Shown here: positions 38,601-51,456 of the stretch, piece by piece
How the letters are laid out: each line of letters starts with the position of its first letter
Position numbering within the stretch: position 1 is the first letter of the stretch
DNA from: Chiloscyllium plagiosum
Lineage: Eukaryota
NCBI RefSeq assembly: GCF_004010195.1
Contig: NC_057755.1
Span: forward strand, 8,967,306 to 9,031,305
Direction: 5' to 3'
DNA length: 64,000 nt
Made by a program: the position numbers and the translations under genes
The notes under the pieces: generated by a model
Databases searched by the model: none
Told to the model about the DNA's origin: nothing
The model's input: the letters and a program-made list of their open reading frames with translations, nothing else

Positions 38601-39295
38601 TGAGTGCTGAGGGATTGCTGCCCTGTTGGAATGTCAGTGGTGAGGGCATCCTGCACTGTCGGAGGTCAATACTGATGGCGTTCTGTAATGTTGGACTGTC
38701 AGTACTGAGGGAGTGCTGCATTGTCAGAGGGTCAGTGCTGAGGGAGTGCTGCACTGTCAGAGTGTCAGTACAGAGGGAGTGCAACAATGTCAGAGGCTCA
38801 GTGCTGACGGAGTGCTGCACTGTCAGAGGGTCAGTGCTGAGGGAGTGCCGCACTGTCAGAGTGCCACACTGGCGCGGGGTCTGCACTGAGGGTGTGCCAC
38901 ACTATCAGATAGCTAGTGCTGAGGGACCGCCGCACTGTCAAAGGGTCAGTACTGAGGGTGTACCACACTGTCATCGGGTCAGTGCTGCAGGAGCGTCACA
39001 CTGTTTGAGGGTCAGTACTGAAGGACTGCCGCACTCTCGGAGGGTCAGTACTGAGGGACTTCCGCACTCTCGGAGGGTCAGTACTGAGCAGTTGCTACAC
39101 TGATGGACGGTCAGTGCTGAGGGAGAGTCGTACTGTCAGATGGTCAGTAGTGAGGGAGTGCTGCATTGTCAGAGAGTAGGTATTACTGGAGTGCCGCACT
39201 GTCAGAGGGTCAGTGTTGAGGTGTTGCTGCACTTTCAGAGGCTTAGTGCTGAGGGAGTGCCGCACTATCACAGGGCCACTGTTGAGGGGGTGTCA
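32625..39295. repeat. 33-bp tandem satellite array, about 200 diverged units (consensus about TGAGGGAGTGCCGCACTGTCAGAGGGTCAGTAC)
   Basis: 33-bp period read directly; translated ORFs show 11-aa periodicity (RECRTVRGSVL). Confidence 0.97.
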
Positions 39296-39499
39296 GCATG
39301 GTAAATTGCAGTTTTTTTACAGTCTTAGAAAGTGAGTATCAAGGGTGCATATTTCCATCCCCATTTCCATTCACTTTTTAAAATTTAATTGGACTGGGAA
39401 TAGCGACTACAGTTTAAAAATAATCGGATTAATTGCAGAAGGAAATCACTTTTTTATGTCAGTTGGATCCCAGTGAAGATTCAGAACTATGCTCTGAAT

Positions 39500-39513
39500 T
39501 CACTAGAGGGCAA
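39500..39513 (+). promoter_or_regulatory. CTCF-like motif
   Basis: tCACTAGAGGGCAA about 200 bp downstream of the long satellite array. Confidence 0.5.
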
Positions 39514-41044
39514 TATTTGGGAAATAACACAGAGCAGTCAAGCAATATGCTCTTATTCCACTTAGACTGCAGATTAATATGAACTTGACTTATACTTAGG
39601 TTCACAATGAAAGATCAGGGGAACTGCAGTTTGACAACCATCAGAATAAAATTGAATTAAATGTTTGCATTGAAGACAAGAAGTAGTATACAGTTCCCCT
39701 CGTTTGCATCTTGATGAAGCACACTGTAATGAGAAGGAAAAAAAGAGACATAATTTAGCAACATAAAGCATTTGGATATAATTACAAGTTTAAAAGCGGT
39801 TAATTACAAAATAGACATTAATTTAACATGGCATTCTTTATACATCCAAACACAACTTGATCTACTCATAACCCCCCACAAAAAATGCTTCAAAACAATT
39901 GGAGATAACATTAAGCATAAAATCACAAGACCACTTTCTCTCCACGCTCTTTTATCCATTTTGTGTTCAGAAAAAAACTATCTGTCTCCTTGAAACTATT
40001 GAATGCTTTGTTCTCAATCTCTTAGTGTGGCAGAGAAAAAGAACAGGGTCGATGAACTATTTTCACCTTGTGCAGAGTCCAGAACAATGGAGCATAATCC
40101 TGGAATTAGGGCCAGAGGGGCCGAGAGAGATGTGCTGAATGTGAGACATTGCCACCCTCTGGTGGCCTCCCCACTCCACTGCAGAGATGTGTTTCTTGGA
40201 GACTTTGCTCATTTCTGCTATTCATTGAATTATTTCTAAATTGTAGGCCATGTTCGAAGTCCAAATAAATTTAAAGAATACTGAATGAAAGTAGAGATGA
40301 ATATATACATATGTACACACAAACACATACACAGACGCACACACATTATGTGTATATGTCTATATAGGTATAAAAACACGCGCTCACATGTATATAATAC
40401 AAACGTTACCTTATTTGTTTAATCCGTTATAAAAAGTTTGTTCTATTTTCTGAGCCACTGCGTGTGGTCACGCAATTAACCTCCAACACAGACAAAGCAA
40501 GATACTGATCCCTAAGCTAATAGTAACATTGATTTCAAGGTCAGGTCCTGAATTGGAACATTGACTGGAAGGGTTGGGGGGAGCCGTGGAACTGTTGTGG
40601 CATTGCTGCAGGGCTAGGACGTTACTCAATGCAGAATTCTCATAATTTGTCTGGCTCTTCTTTTCATTTGGAGTATTGGGATAGTTTTGATGATGTTTAC
40701 CAGTAACACACTGATGGTGACAGACACGGGGTATTGTGTTGTTACATGTCAATATCAGCTGGTCAACTGTTCTTCACTGGTCTGAACTTTGTCACAGAAT
40801 CTTTCAGACTTGTCTGCTCAAGTCAGGCCTGTCCTATCTGTCCCTTTGTGTAAACCATTTCTGATCTCAAACTGTAAAGACACTGTGTTCATTCACAGAA
40901 TATACATCCCCTACAACAATGTGGTACATTTCCTGCAACACTTAATACATTTTGCTTTTAGTGTTGTTGGATATCTTTAAAATAAAACATTAATCAAGGC
41001 GGTCAGCGGAAACATTGTCCAAAGGAAAAAGCACAATTTTTATG

Positions 41045-41320
41045 CCTCCCCAGTGACAGAGGTTAAATTTTTACTGTTGGTGTTTCCCTGCTTGAATTTG
41101 TTCATTCTCCTCATGTCTATGTGGCTTTCCATTAGGTGTTTTCGTTCCCTCCCACAGTGTAAAGGAGCGCAGATTAACTGGATTGGCCAGGCTAAGTTGT
41201 ACATAGCGTCCAGGGGTGTGCAGGCTTGGTGGGATAGCAATGATGAAAAAGAAATGCTCATTATAGGGTTGGTGCAGACTTCAAGGTCGAATGGCCTCTT
41301 TCTGCAATATCTGGATTCCA
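41045..41320 (+). mobile_element. Degenerate tRNA-derived SINE
   Basis: cattctcctcatgtctatgtggctttcc..ttccctcccacagt..ggattggccaggctaagttg core. Confidence 0.7.
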
Positions 41321-42004
41321 GAAGGAAACATCAATTCTACATCTGCTTTTCAATCATCTTATATCCTGTAATTAGATCAGTTACCATTCTTCAAAACTTC
41401 AGAGAGGATAGGACTGAACTGCTCGATCTGTTTCCACAAGAGAAACATTGGGATAACAGGATGGGTGTTCACTCAATTTTTGGAAGACGCTCTGAAATGG
41501 ATCTTGCGGGTTTTGTTCGGAAAATAGAGGATCTCTTTGTACCGATCAAAGAAAGATTTTAGGACAAAATGGGCATTCATCAATGTTGCAATTTGAATCT
41601 CTACTTCTGGGCGGAATGACGCAAACGTGGAAAATTTAACTGGCTCAGTGAAACGAACAATCCACGTCTAAAACTGAAGGAATTGGCTGGTAACCCAACT
41701 CAATTGTGAACATATCAAAAATTGTTTGCTTTGTTCCCTTTTTACGAGAACCTCAAAAAAATCATTGGTCCTGGCAAAGTAATTAAACAGGGTAGGATCA
41801 GACACCTCAGGCAGAACTTTGTCCGAACACAGTGAATCAATACCAGCATATAAACGATGGATCAGATCTGTAACATCGGAGTAAATAACATCTTTCGTCT
41901 ATGTATTCTACCTAGTCCTGTTAGAAGGTCATAGATGGATATGGGATTTCAGCTTCATTGCCTGAAACCCCAGAGAATATATTTGGAATTGATCTAGACT
42001 TTCT

Positions 42005-42305
42005 TCAGATTAGATTCACTACAGAATGGAAACAGGACCTTCGGACCAACAAGCTGACACCATCCATCCTAAGAGTAACCCACCCAGACCTATTCCTCTC
42101 CCATCTATTTTCCCTAACACCGTGGGTAATTTAGCACAGCCAATCCACCTCCCAACAGCGTTGGGTAGAAACCGGAGCACCAGAAGGAAACCTGATCAGA
42201 CACAGGGAGAATGTGCAAACTCTACACAGACAGTCGCCCGAGACGGGAATTGAACCCCGGTCACTGGCGCTACGAGTTAGCATTGCTAACCACTGAGCCA
42301 CCATG
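42005..42305 (-). mobile_element. tRNA-derived SINE (HE1/V-SINE type)
   Basis: Homologous to 3735-4045. Confidence 0.88.
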
Positions 42306-43099
42306 TCTTCACAAGTCAACCTTAGGAATCATATCACGAACGCTTCGCTGCACTCCCTCTATAGCAACAATATCCTTCCTCAGACTGAAAGTGTACACAT
42401 TATTCGAGGTGTGGTCTCACCAATGCCTGTATAATTCCAGCACAGTGTCTGTGTTCAGGTATTCATATCTTCTCCCTATGAAGGCCAACATAGCATTTCC
42501 CTTCTTCAGCACCTACTTCACTTGCACACTTACTTTATGTGATATTAATCAACGTTTGCCCTTGTTGAATAATAAATATATTAGATATATCCGTGTTGTA
42601 GATATTCAATAAGAATGACGGTGTTAGTTTATATCATTCGTGACAGGAGCAGGAAAGTAAAATTCTTTATCTTTATTAAATCAAGTATTGTCTCACTGCC
42701 AAATGTCCTTAGGATACTCAAAACAATTCCCTTAGAATGGGCTTGAGTCAAGTCTCGTTAGGATCAATATCTCGGCAAATTATGTAACTGACGTGGTAAA
42801 TGTAATTTTAAACGAAAATAATGATTCGAAGTATTTGTTTTTCAGAGATCCTGGAACACAGCGAGAACTTACTAATCATAAGTTGACAGAAATGTGGAAA
42901 ACTGCAGAGAGCATGGATCAGGAAGGACTGAGAAATCAGTGAAAATATTATCTCAGCAAATCAGTAAATGCATTGAAAACGCTCTCAAAGGTTGACAATG
43001 TGAGTGTGAGTTTAAGTTGTAGCAGGAAAAGCGAATCAATGGTACAGAGGAGATGCAAAATGTTTAAATACAAATGCCTTTGGAAAGGCAGAATAACAA

Positions 43100-46000
43100 T
43101 GGGATCATCAACAACATATATTCAGATTAAAGCTTTCAATGCAATAACCCTTCAATTATTCTTCTCCAAGATTAGGAACTAGACTTTCCGGGATGTATTG
43201 CATTTGGAAAACGGGAAGCTGAATGGAATTGGACCAGGAGTAACCCGGACAATGAACATGTCTGATGAAATTCAGTGTGAAATGGTTTGGGGTATAGAGG
43301 ATCAGAGAATGAAGGCGATTTCAAATAATAAAGGGCCAGGAAAGACTTGTGGCATTCTTCTCTAACACCTGCCTTACTGACAACAGTTAATACAATTGGT
43401 CGGAGAATTAAACAGCAAAATAGTGTAAGTGAGAATAGAAACATGACAATTGTGCAGGATGTTAATCTGCACACCCTTTGATCGAATTCTTTTGTACAAA
43501 AATGATCCAGTAGAGCTGTTTGTTGATTACATCTATTCCGAGAACATTGTGAAACAACACGTTGTGTAATCACGTTGGGGGCGGACAATATTTCGCGATA
43601 AACGCTTCATTTTTGATCGGGGAGAAAAGGACTAGAGGGAATTAGCGACCAAAACACAATTAAATGTAACATCTGAACCCATGAGCAGGTGGAGGAGAAG
43701 ATGTCGAAACTTTGAGCCTTGTAAATGGCCCTTCACTCAACACAGTAATGTATGACCTGTTTCATAATACTGAAGGGTGATATATCAAATAAGATTTCAA
43801 AGAAAGGCAAGATTAATTCGATTACACGTTGCAAGATTTAAAGGTTTAAAATGCAGGAATTTTTCAATGTCTCTTTGCAAGGTAAGTCCCATAGTGACAT
43901 GTCAGAAATTGAGGTCTGGCGGCAGGATGCCAAATCTGAAGTAATGTTTGTAACAGCGTCAGCAATTTCTGAAATAAGAAACACTGAACGGACACTTTCC
44001 AAGGTTTTACCTTCCATTGTGGGGAACAAAAGCCAGCTGGAAAGACAGTGAAAGGTATTTGGAAATAAGTTGCTGGGGTAAACTCAGCATTTTCATTCTC
44101 GGTAAATACTTTTTGAGTTTTGCAAGGAACATTGCTGGGTTCTGAGTCATAGCATAACATATTGATCACTCGGGTGAAGAAACAGGCAGGAATGGATTTA
44201 GGTTTGCAGACAATGCTGAACAAAAAGTGACGAGGAAGTTACAAAGTTTGCAAAGTGCCATAAGCAAGTTCAGTGAGTGAACAAAAAAAACAAAAGCCAC
44301 ACAGAGTATATGGTGGGAAGTGCCAAGTTAATCATTACAAAGTGTTGATGAGATTCGGCAGGTCAGGAGTATTTGAGGAGAGATGCAAATGTTAATGTCA
44401 AACCCTATCGTGACTCCTCTTCAGAACTCAGCAGAGAGATGGAAAGGAACACGTTTCCTGGTGTTCTGCTTTTGTGATGACGTCATTCACTTTGGGAGTG
44501 TGAATACGAAGCCACAATGTTGTTCATAAGACATGCAACTTGTGAATGTTGTTGTTTAGCGGATCTTGTGCGTACTTGCAGGTTGACGGTGAAATATTTG
44601 GGTGCATGGACCACACTCAATGTGGCAAACAAAAGGTTTTTACATCATCTTACAGGTGGATCAGAAGACAGCCATTTTGACACAGTTCCGAGAGTTCACT
44701 TGGACACTTACTTTTCTGAACAACTTAGATCTTTAGAATCCAATTGCTTTGGGAATGACGGCTCGACAGGTTTGTCCTTGGCGTGAGAGCACTCTTTAGC
44801 AATAAGAAACTGAGGAAAGTGGAACTATCTGTATGAAGTTGAGAACAACGAGAATCTGAAGAACAATTCCGAATTGCTTTGATAGTACAGGCACTGTTTT
44901 TCCTCCTGGTTACTGAATCTGGAGAGATAGAGAGAGAGAGAAATATTAACTTTTGCGAGGTCCGTTCAAAATTGTGAAAACTGTAGGGACGAAGTTGTTC
45001 TTGAATGTGCTCGTGAATGTATTTAAACATTTAGATCCTCTGCCTGAAGAAGAAGGTGGGAGAGATCATAACCAGGATTGGACGTGTCTTTGATGATATT
45101 GGTTCAATGTGGACATGTGTGAGCTGGTGTAGTTTAGGCCAAAGCATATGGAGAGACAATATTTTGTGACCTCAACTGTTCTAAAGGATGTGCAGGAACC
45201 CGGAAATTTGGGTGTGCATATGCATAAAGTCATGAAACGTAGTAGAACGGAAATAGAGGGAGAATTGAAGTAACAGCAAACTGATTAAAATTAACTTATC
45301 AAAGGTGCGAGCTGTAACTTAACTGGAGTATCATAGACAGGTCGAACCTTTAGGCGCAATGGGAATGCACTTGGAGAGATGATTTATAAGAAGGTCTCCA
45401 GGGCTGAGAAAGATCAGTGCAATTAGGCGAGGCAGTTTTCCCAGAAGTGAAAGAAAAAAAAAAACAAAGTGGAGATTCATTAGAAATTATCACAATGGCG
45501 AAAAGCTTGGCCAGAATAGATGGGGAGAAAGTATCGAGAATGTGGTGCTGGAAAAGCGCTGCTGTTCAAGCAGCATCCAAGGTGCAAGAAAATCGACGTT
45601 TTGGTAATAAACCCGTCATCTGAAATTGTTGATGAAGGGCTTATGCCCGAAACGTCGATTGTCCCGCTCCTCAGATGCTGCCTGACCTGCTGTGCTTTTC
45701 CAGTGCCACACTCACGACTCTGATCGCCATCATCTGCACTCCTTATTTTCTCCCCGGGGAGAATGTGCACCCATTCAGACATGGATCGACACATGGCAGG
45801 GCCGTGTGGCCACAGTTGAGATAGAAATTGGAAGCGAGCTAAGTAAGAAACAAGGACCTTTTCCAGATTGTGCGTAGTTAGGACATAGAAAGCTCTGCCT
45901 GGGAGTGTAGTCGAGGCAGCTTCAGTTGAGACATTGAAAATGGCGTTAGATGATTAATCAAACACAAGCAATGTCCATGTTTAAAGGGAAATGCCAAGAG

Positions 46001-47240
46001 ACTGGCACCAAGACAAAAGCAGGATAAGACTGAGGTGGTACAATTCTGTCTAATGAACATTGAAAGAGAGCATTAAGCAAGGATTGCAATTACAAAGGAG
46101 GTGCATGTTTGAAGAGGCTTGGATGCGCACGTATATGAATTCCTGAAGGGGGTACGTCGAGCGATCTCTTTGAAACGCATGCAGTACCTATGCTTCATTA
46201 ACTGGGGCAGGGATTACAAGAGCAATGATTTTATGATAGACTTCCATAAGGCATTTGTCAGGTCTCAGTGATAGAGCTATTTCCAGATCTTTACTTCAAT
46301 TACGAAGCATGTGAAGATATTAAAGTGAGTGTAGAGAAGGTTGAGAAGAATTGTTTGAAGATGAAAACCTCCTATACTGGGCATTGATTAGAGAAGTGGG
46401 AGCTGTTTCCGTTGGAGAGGAGAAGGCTCAGTGGAGACATGATCGAAATATCAAAATACTGGTCAGCTTGGAGAATGCAGACAGGGGGAAGTTGTTCCAC
46501 TGATATAAAGTAAAACCAAAAAAGTACCGTTTGACTTCACGTTTCACATGCCGAGATCTTTAAAATACACAAACCGGTCCAGAAAATGATCCAGGGGCTC
46601 CTAGGATTTTGGCCTTTTTCTTTGATATGATGGGGTATAAAATGTTGCAGGTAGACGGAGTCCAGTTTAGACCCCTCTTGGAGCACTGTACGCAGATCTG
46701 TGCATGATATCTTAGGAAGGACAGTTTGGCTTTTGGAGGGAGTATAACATAGGGTTAATCCGGACATCGAAGTTAAGCTAGGAGGATACATTATGTACGT
46801 TAGGCCTGTTTCCCCAGTGATTTTGAAGTTTATACTGCAATTGAAGTCTTCATGATTTAAATCAAAATACTCTAGCTATCAACAGGAAAATGCAGATAAC
46901 ATATGAAAATGAATCGCTTCCACTCTTCGCTTTTCACACATTAAGGGTCATCATCTGAGAATTCGTATCCAACTGTTCAGAGGGATTGCCAGAAGCATTT
47001 GTATAGACAAAGGGGGAGACGTTTTTGAACGTTTTTCCTGAAATAGCAATGGATACGCAATAATTTGGTAATTTTAAATCTGAGAGGAATGGCTTTTTGT
47101 GCTCAGCAAAGATATTTGTGGAAATGAGATGAAAACAGATATGTGGAGTGAGACCGCAGACCAAACGTGGTCTCACTGAATGGCAGAAGAGGGTCAAGGG
47201 GCTGAATGGCCTCCTCATGGGTCTAAGCTCCTGTGGTCCT
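43100..47240 (+). mobile_element. Patchwork of highly degraded CR1 LINE fragments
   Basis: Recognisable but decayed APE, RT and 3' UTR segments (e.g. gaggagaaggctcagtggagacatgatcgaa; gggctgaatggcctcctc). Confidence 0.55.
45530..45745. mobile_element. Inverted pair of Penelope-type terminal repeats (second family) with a hammerhead-like motif
   Basis: gctggaaaagc...aatcgacgttt faces UGAUGA A GGGC UUAU GCCC GAAA CGUC...cctgacctgctgtgcttttccag. Related copies at 1080-1165, 25090-25270 and 55780-55940. Confidence 0.75.
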
Positions 47241-48029
47241 TACATTAACAGTCACAGCTTTGTCTTCCGCCCACTATTTGTACTCCCAAAACGTCTGCTA
47301 CCGGTGGGGCCCCATGTTGCACCTCAAAAGTCTCTGTTCCTCTGATACTGGTGCTGATGTTCTGTTACACTGCAAATTGCATCGTGTGTCAACCCTTCAT
47401 TGACTGACATTGTAAAACTGATGTCCCATCAAAATTAGAAGCCGGCACTCTTTGCAATGCCATTAATGTTCATCCATTACTCCTGGTATCATGTACATCC
47501 AATAACTTCAATACTACTTATGTTTCTCATGGAACCGACTGCCATATACACTGTATGGTCATGCTCATATACAATTAAAAGAAACTTTAAAAACCAAGTT
47601 GGTTGTGCAGCAATAGACGACTTTAAATACTTCTAATCCTTCTAATTGGAGATACTTTCACACACCTCTGGAGCAGGTAGGTGTTAAACCCAGGCCCAAA
47701 GGCAGGAACCCGACCACTGCCATACACAAGCTGTAAAGAAACACCATTTTATGGCACTCTTGTTTGATGGTTTACATTCTCTTGGATCAAAAACAATCAC
47801 CTGACTCTTCAACTCCTGTGATATAGCACCTTGTATCTATCTTTGTAAGTCCAAGCAGTATCGCCTGGTGCTCCATGAATTTAGAAAACAAAATCTGAAG
47901 GCAATTTATGTCCCAAGACAAAAGGATATTGTACAAGTGATGAGGGGATTTTTAACTTATCTTGGTATAGCCAAAACACGCTAGTGTAATACACCAAGAG
48001 GAATCGCAAGCATGCACAGAAAAGCAATG

Positions 48030-48350
48030 ACATAATGCCCTTATCGCTAGACTGTTAACTCAGAGACCAGAGTAATGGTCTGTGGACGCCAGTCCGCATC
48101 CCACCATGGCTGAGAGTGGAATTTGAATTCAATAACTAACTTTAATGAAGGAGTCTGGTGATAAATCGATTGTCAGGAAAAAAAGAAGACTCATCTGGTT
48201 AACCACTGCCGTTAAGGGAAGGAAACTGCTGTCTGTACCTGGTCTGGGTACAGAGAGAAGTGTCAGTCCCTTAACTGCCCTTTGAGTGATCAAGGATGGG
48301 CAATAAATACAGCCCAGCTGACGGTGTCCTCATCCAATGCAAAAAAAATG
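48030..48350 (+). mobile_element. DeuSINE-type (SacSINE1-like) element
   Basis: catctggtt..ttaagggaaggaaactgctgtc..cctggtctgg resembles the Deu domain; tail ggatgggcaataaat. Confidence 0.65.
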
Positions 48351-49074
48351 CACAAAATAACTTTCTTGACTGGCATGTTTGAAACTCAGAAAGAAAACTG
48401 AATCTATTGGAGATGGATGATCATCCATGCAAAAAAATGAAGTTAACATTTCTGGTTATTATCTGTGATAAAAGGGAACGCACGATGAATGGTGGGACCC
48501 TGGAAAGCACTGGGTATCAGTGGAAATTTGTTGCATATTTATTGCATGGACACGTGACTCTAAAGGTCATAGGACACGTAGATGCTGCTGTTGGAACATT
48601 ATATGGTAGCTGGTGTTTTTATCAGATGAGTTTGAGAGCAGGGAGGATACGCGAGAACTGGATGAAACGTCTGGAAAGCCAGAGCTCGAATAAATTGGGC
48701 AGCTCTGGAATCTACATTTTAAGAAGCACAGGATAGAACTTGAGTTGGCGCGAAAGATATTGTTGGGCTGGAGAATATAAATTACGATGAGAGATTAGAC
48801 ACGATGAGCTGTTTTGGTTAGGACAGAGAAGATTGAGAGGGGACATGCACGAGAAGTATCAAAACGTGAGAGGCATAGAGAGAGAAAGCATACGCGACCT
48901 ATTCCTTGTCATGGAGGGATCAATATCGGAGGCATTGATTAAAACTAAGATGATGAATGTTTTAAGGAGATGTGAGCAGAAATATGCTTTTTATAAACCT
49001 GGAGGATGTCGGGAAGGTGGAAATCACTGCCTGAGAGCGTGGTAGAGGCAGAGACCCTTGTAACATTCAATCAA

Positions 49075-49752
49075 TATGTAGATGTAGGTAGATAGGATAG
49101 TGAAGAAGGCGTTTGGTATGGTTTCCTTCATTGGTCAGAGTATTGAGTACAGGCGTTGGGAGGTCATGTTGCGTCTGTACAGGACATTGGTTCGGCCACA
49201 GTTGGAATATTGCGTACAACTCTGCTCTCCTTCCTATCGGAAAGAGGTTGTGAAATTTGGAAGGGTTCAGAAAAGATTTGCAAGGATGTTGCCAGGGTTG
49301 GAGGATTTGGGATAAAGGGAGAGGCTGAACAGGCTGGGACTGTTGTCCCTGGAGCTTCGGAGGCTGAGGGGTGACTTTATAGAGGTTTACAAAATCATGA
49401 GGGGCATGGATAGGATAAATAGACAAAGTACTTTCCCTGGGCTGGGGAATCCAGAACTAGAGGTTATAGATTTAGGGTGAGAGTGGAAAAATATAAAAGA
49501 GACTGAAGGGCAACGTTTTCATGTAGAGTTTGGTACCTGTATGGAATGAGCTGCCAGAAGAAGTGGTGGTGGCTTAGTACAATTTCAAATTTTAAAAGCA
49601 TTTGGATGGTTTTATAAAAAGGTAGGGTTTAGAGGGATATGGGCAGGGTGATGTCAGGTGGGACAAGATTGGGTTGGGATATTTGGTCGGCATGGACGAT
49701 TTGGACCGAAGAGTCTGTTTCTGTGCTGTACATTTCTATGACTCTATGACGC
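49075..49752 (+). mobile_element. CR1 LINE 3' fragment
   Basis: KKAFGMVSFIGQSIEYR..LVRPQLEYC, a 3' UTR and a ctatgact tail. Confidence 0.9.
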
Positions 49753-50417
49753 TATGTGCACTTGTGATAAGGTAAACGTTAAATAGGTTGGGAACCTACT
49801 CACTGGAGTTGATAAGAATTTGAGGTGATCTCATTCAAGGACACAGGATTCTTAATGGGACTGACAGGGTTAATCATGAGAGGGTATTTTGCCTCCTCCC
49901 TCCCTTCTCTATCAGAGAGGTTTCGATCACAAATCATCATATCAGAATGAAGGGGCACCGATTAAAAAGTGAAATGAGGAGAGATTTCTACTCTTAGAGG
50001 GTTGAGATGTGGTTGGAGCTGCTTTTGACATGAAGCACTGGGGACAGACTCCTTGTGTATATTTAAGGTTGAGAGTCACTGATGTTTGACCAGTTGGAGA
50101 ATCATAGGATACTGGGAAGAGGCAGGAAAGTGGATGTGAGAGATGTCGGATGAGTTGTGATCATATTGCATTCGGAAAAAGGTTCAAGGTGGGAAGTTCC
50201 CTGCTCTTGCAGCTAGCATACACGGTGTTATTTCTAATCACCACGATTGCCCTTGCATTTACTTGATTATTTGTTTCAAAAACAATTTAAAAGATGTATG
50301 TTCCTGCGATTGATCAAAGCAAAACCATTCACGTGAGTTTAACTGTGAAAAGCCTGCGCCCACTGTTCATTCAAAACAGAATTCGTCAATTCCTTTGAGG
50401 CTGGGCGAGCAGTTAAT

Positions 50418-50423
50418 TATAAG
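50418..50423 (+). promoter_or_regulatory. Candidate TATA box of GPCR gene 2
   Basis: TATAAG about 70 nt upstream of the ATG at 50495. Positional evidence only. Confidence 0.35.
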
Positions 50424-50494
50424 ACGCCTCTTCTGGCACAGGTGAGCACTTGTCTGAGTCTCTCACGTCGAAAAGAAAATCTCTCCTCAGAAAA

Positions 50495-50564
50495 ATGGAA
50501 CGACCAATAATTCTGCTGATAAAGGAGATTTATTATCCAATTCTCGCAACCATTGGTATTCCGG
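50495..50564 (+). CDS. GPCR gene 2, coding exon 1 (MERPIILLIKEIYYPILATIGIP, phase 1)
   Basis: aaaATGG start context, 70 nt long, ends G|gtgaga. Homologous to gene 1 exon 1 and supplies the first half of TM1. Confidence 0.9.
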
Positions 50565-51456
50565 GTGAGACCTGTTTGAACTTTTTATTGTCATTTTGTA
50601 TCAGTTGATTCCCAACCTATTCTTGAAAAACTATAATGTGTCACTGATCTCAACACTGCATTGGCTGACGTTTCTCATATTGACCTGTCCACCCACATTG
50701 TCCTCATTTCACTGAACTGAGAAATGTACAGATGGTGACATATTTTCAAGATTTGGAAAACGCTAAAAGGGGCTGACAAAGGAGGCACGGAGAGGATGGT
50801 TCATCATATGGGGAAGTCTGGATCAAGATTTCGCAGGGTGTGTGGAGGGGCAGGAGATTTTAAACAGAAGCGAGGAAAAATTCATTTTCTCAAAGGGCCG
50901 TGAATCTGTGGAATTGTCTGCTTCAGCGTGTCGTAGAAGCTCGAACATTACATAAACTTTAAGGAGAAAATTGCAGATTTGTAAGTTGTCATGTGTGGAA
51001 GGTTATGGAGAGTAAAATGGTGTTGAGGCTAAGAGGAGATCAGTTATGATCATGTTGTATGGCACAGAAGGTTCTTGGAGCTGAACGTCCTTCTTCTGCT
51101 TCTAGTTCTTATTTTCTTAGAAAGATGATCTCATGGTTGCTTGGATACCTTTCTCAATAAGGATCTCATTAGAATGTTTCAATGCACATTTCCTCGTGAT
51201 GGCTTGAAAACTCTCTGATTGCCCTGGTCCGTACAAACACAATCGCAACAAAAATCACATAACGTGAAATTGAATCCTCAACTTAATCTGACTATGAAGA
51301 TTTTGCCCTTAGTGTTTGTTTCAGTGCCAGAAATGTAAAGATGTTATCCGACGTTATATGGAGAACATTTCAAACTTTTTCTGCAAATTATATATGCAAT
51401 TTCCACTGCTTCCTTCTGTGATGCTGCTGCTCCTTGAATAAGTCTATGCTGTCCAT

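Larger units (their letters stand above)
31125..40045 (+). repeat. Tandem segmental duplication, copy B (satellite expanded)
   Basis: Same matches as listed for copy A. Confidence 0.9.

Noticed and set aside
32406..39103. Many Cys-rich ORFs (e.g. 278 aa at 32406, 202 aa at 34510) resembling keratin-associated or zinc-finger-like proteins
   Set aside because: They are by-products of a 33-bp satellite with stop-free frames. Frequent stops and frame switches show no coding constraint.
32625..39295. CRISPR-like regular repeat
   Set aside because: Contiguous tandem monomers with no unique spacers, no cas genes and a eukaryotic context.
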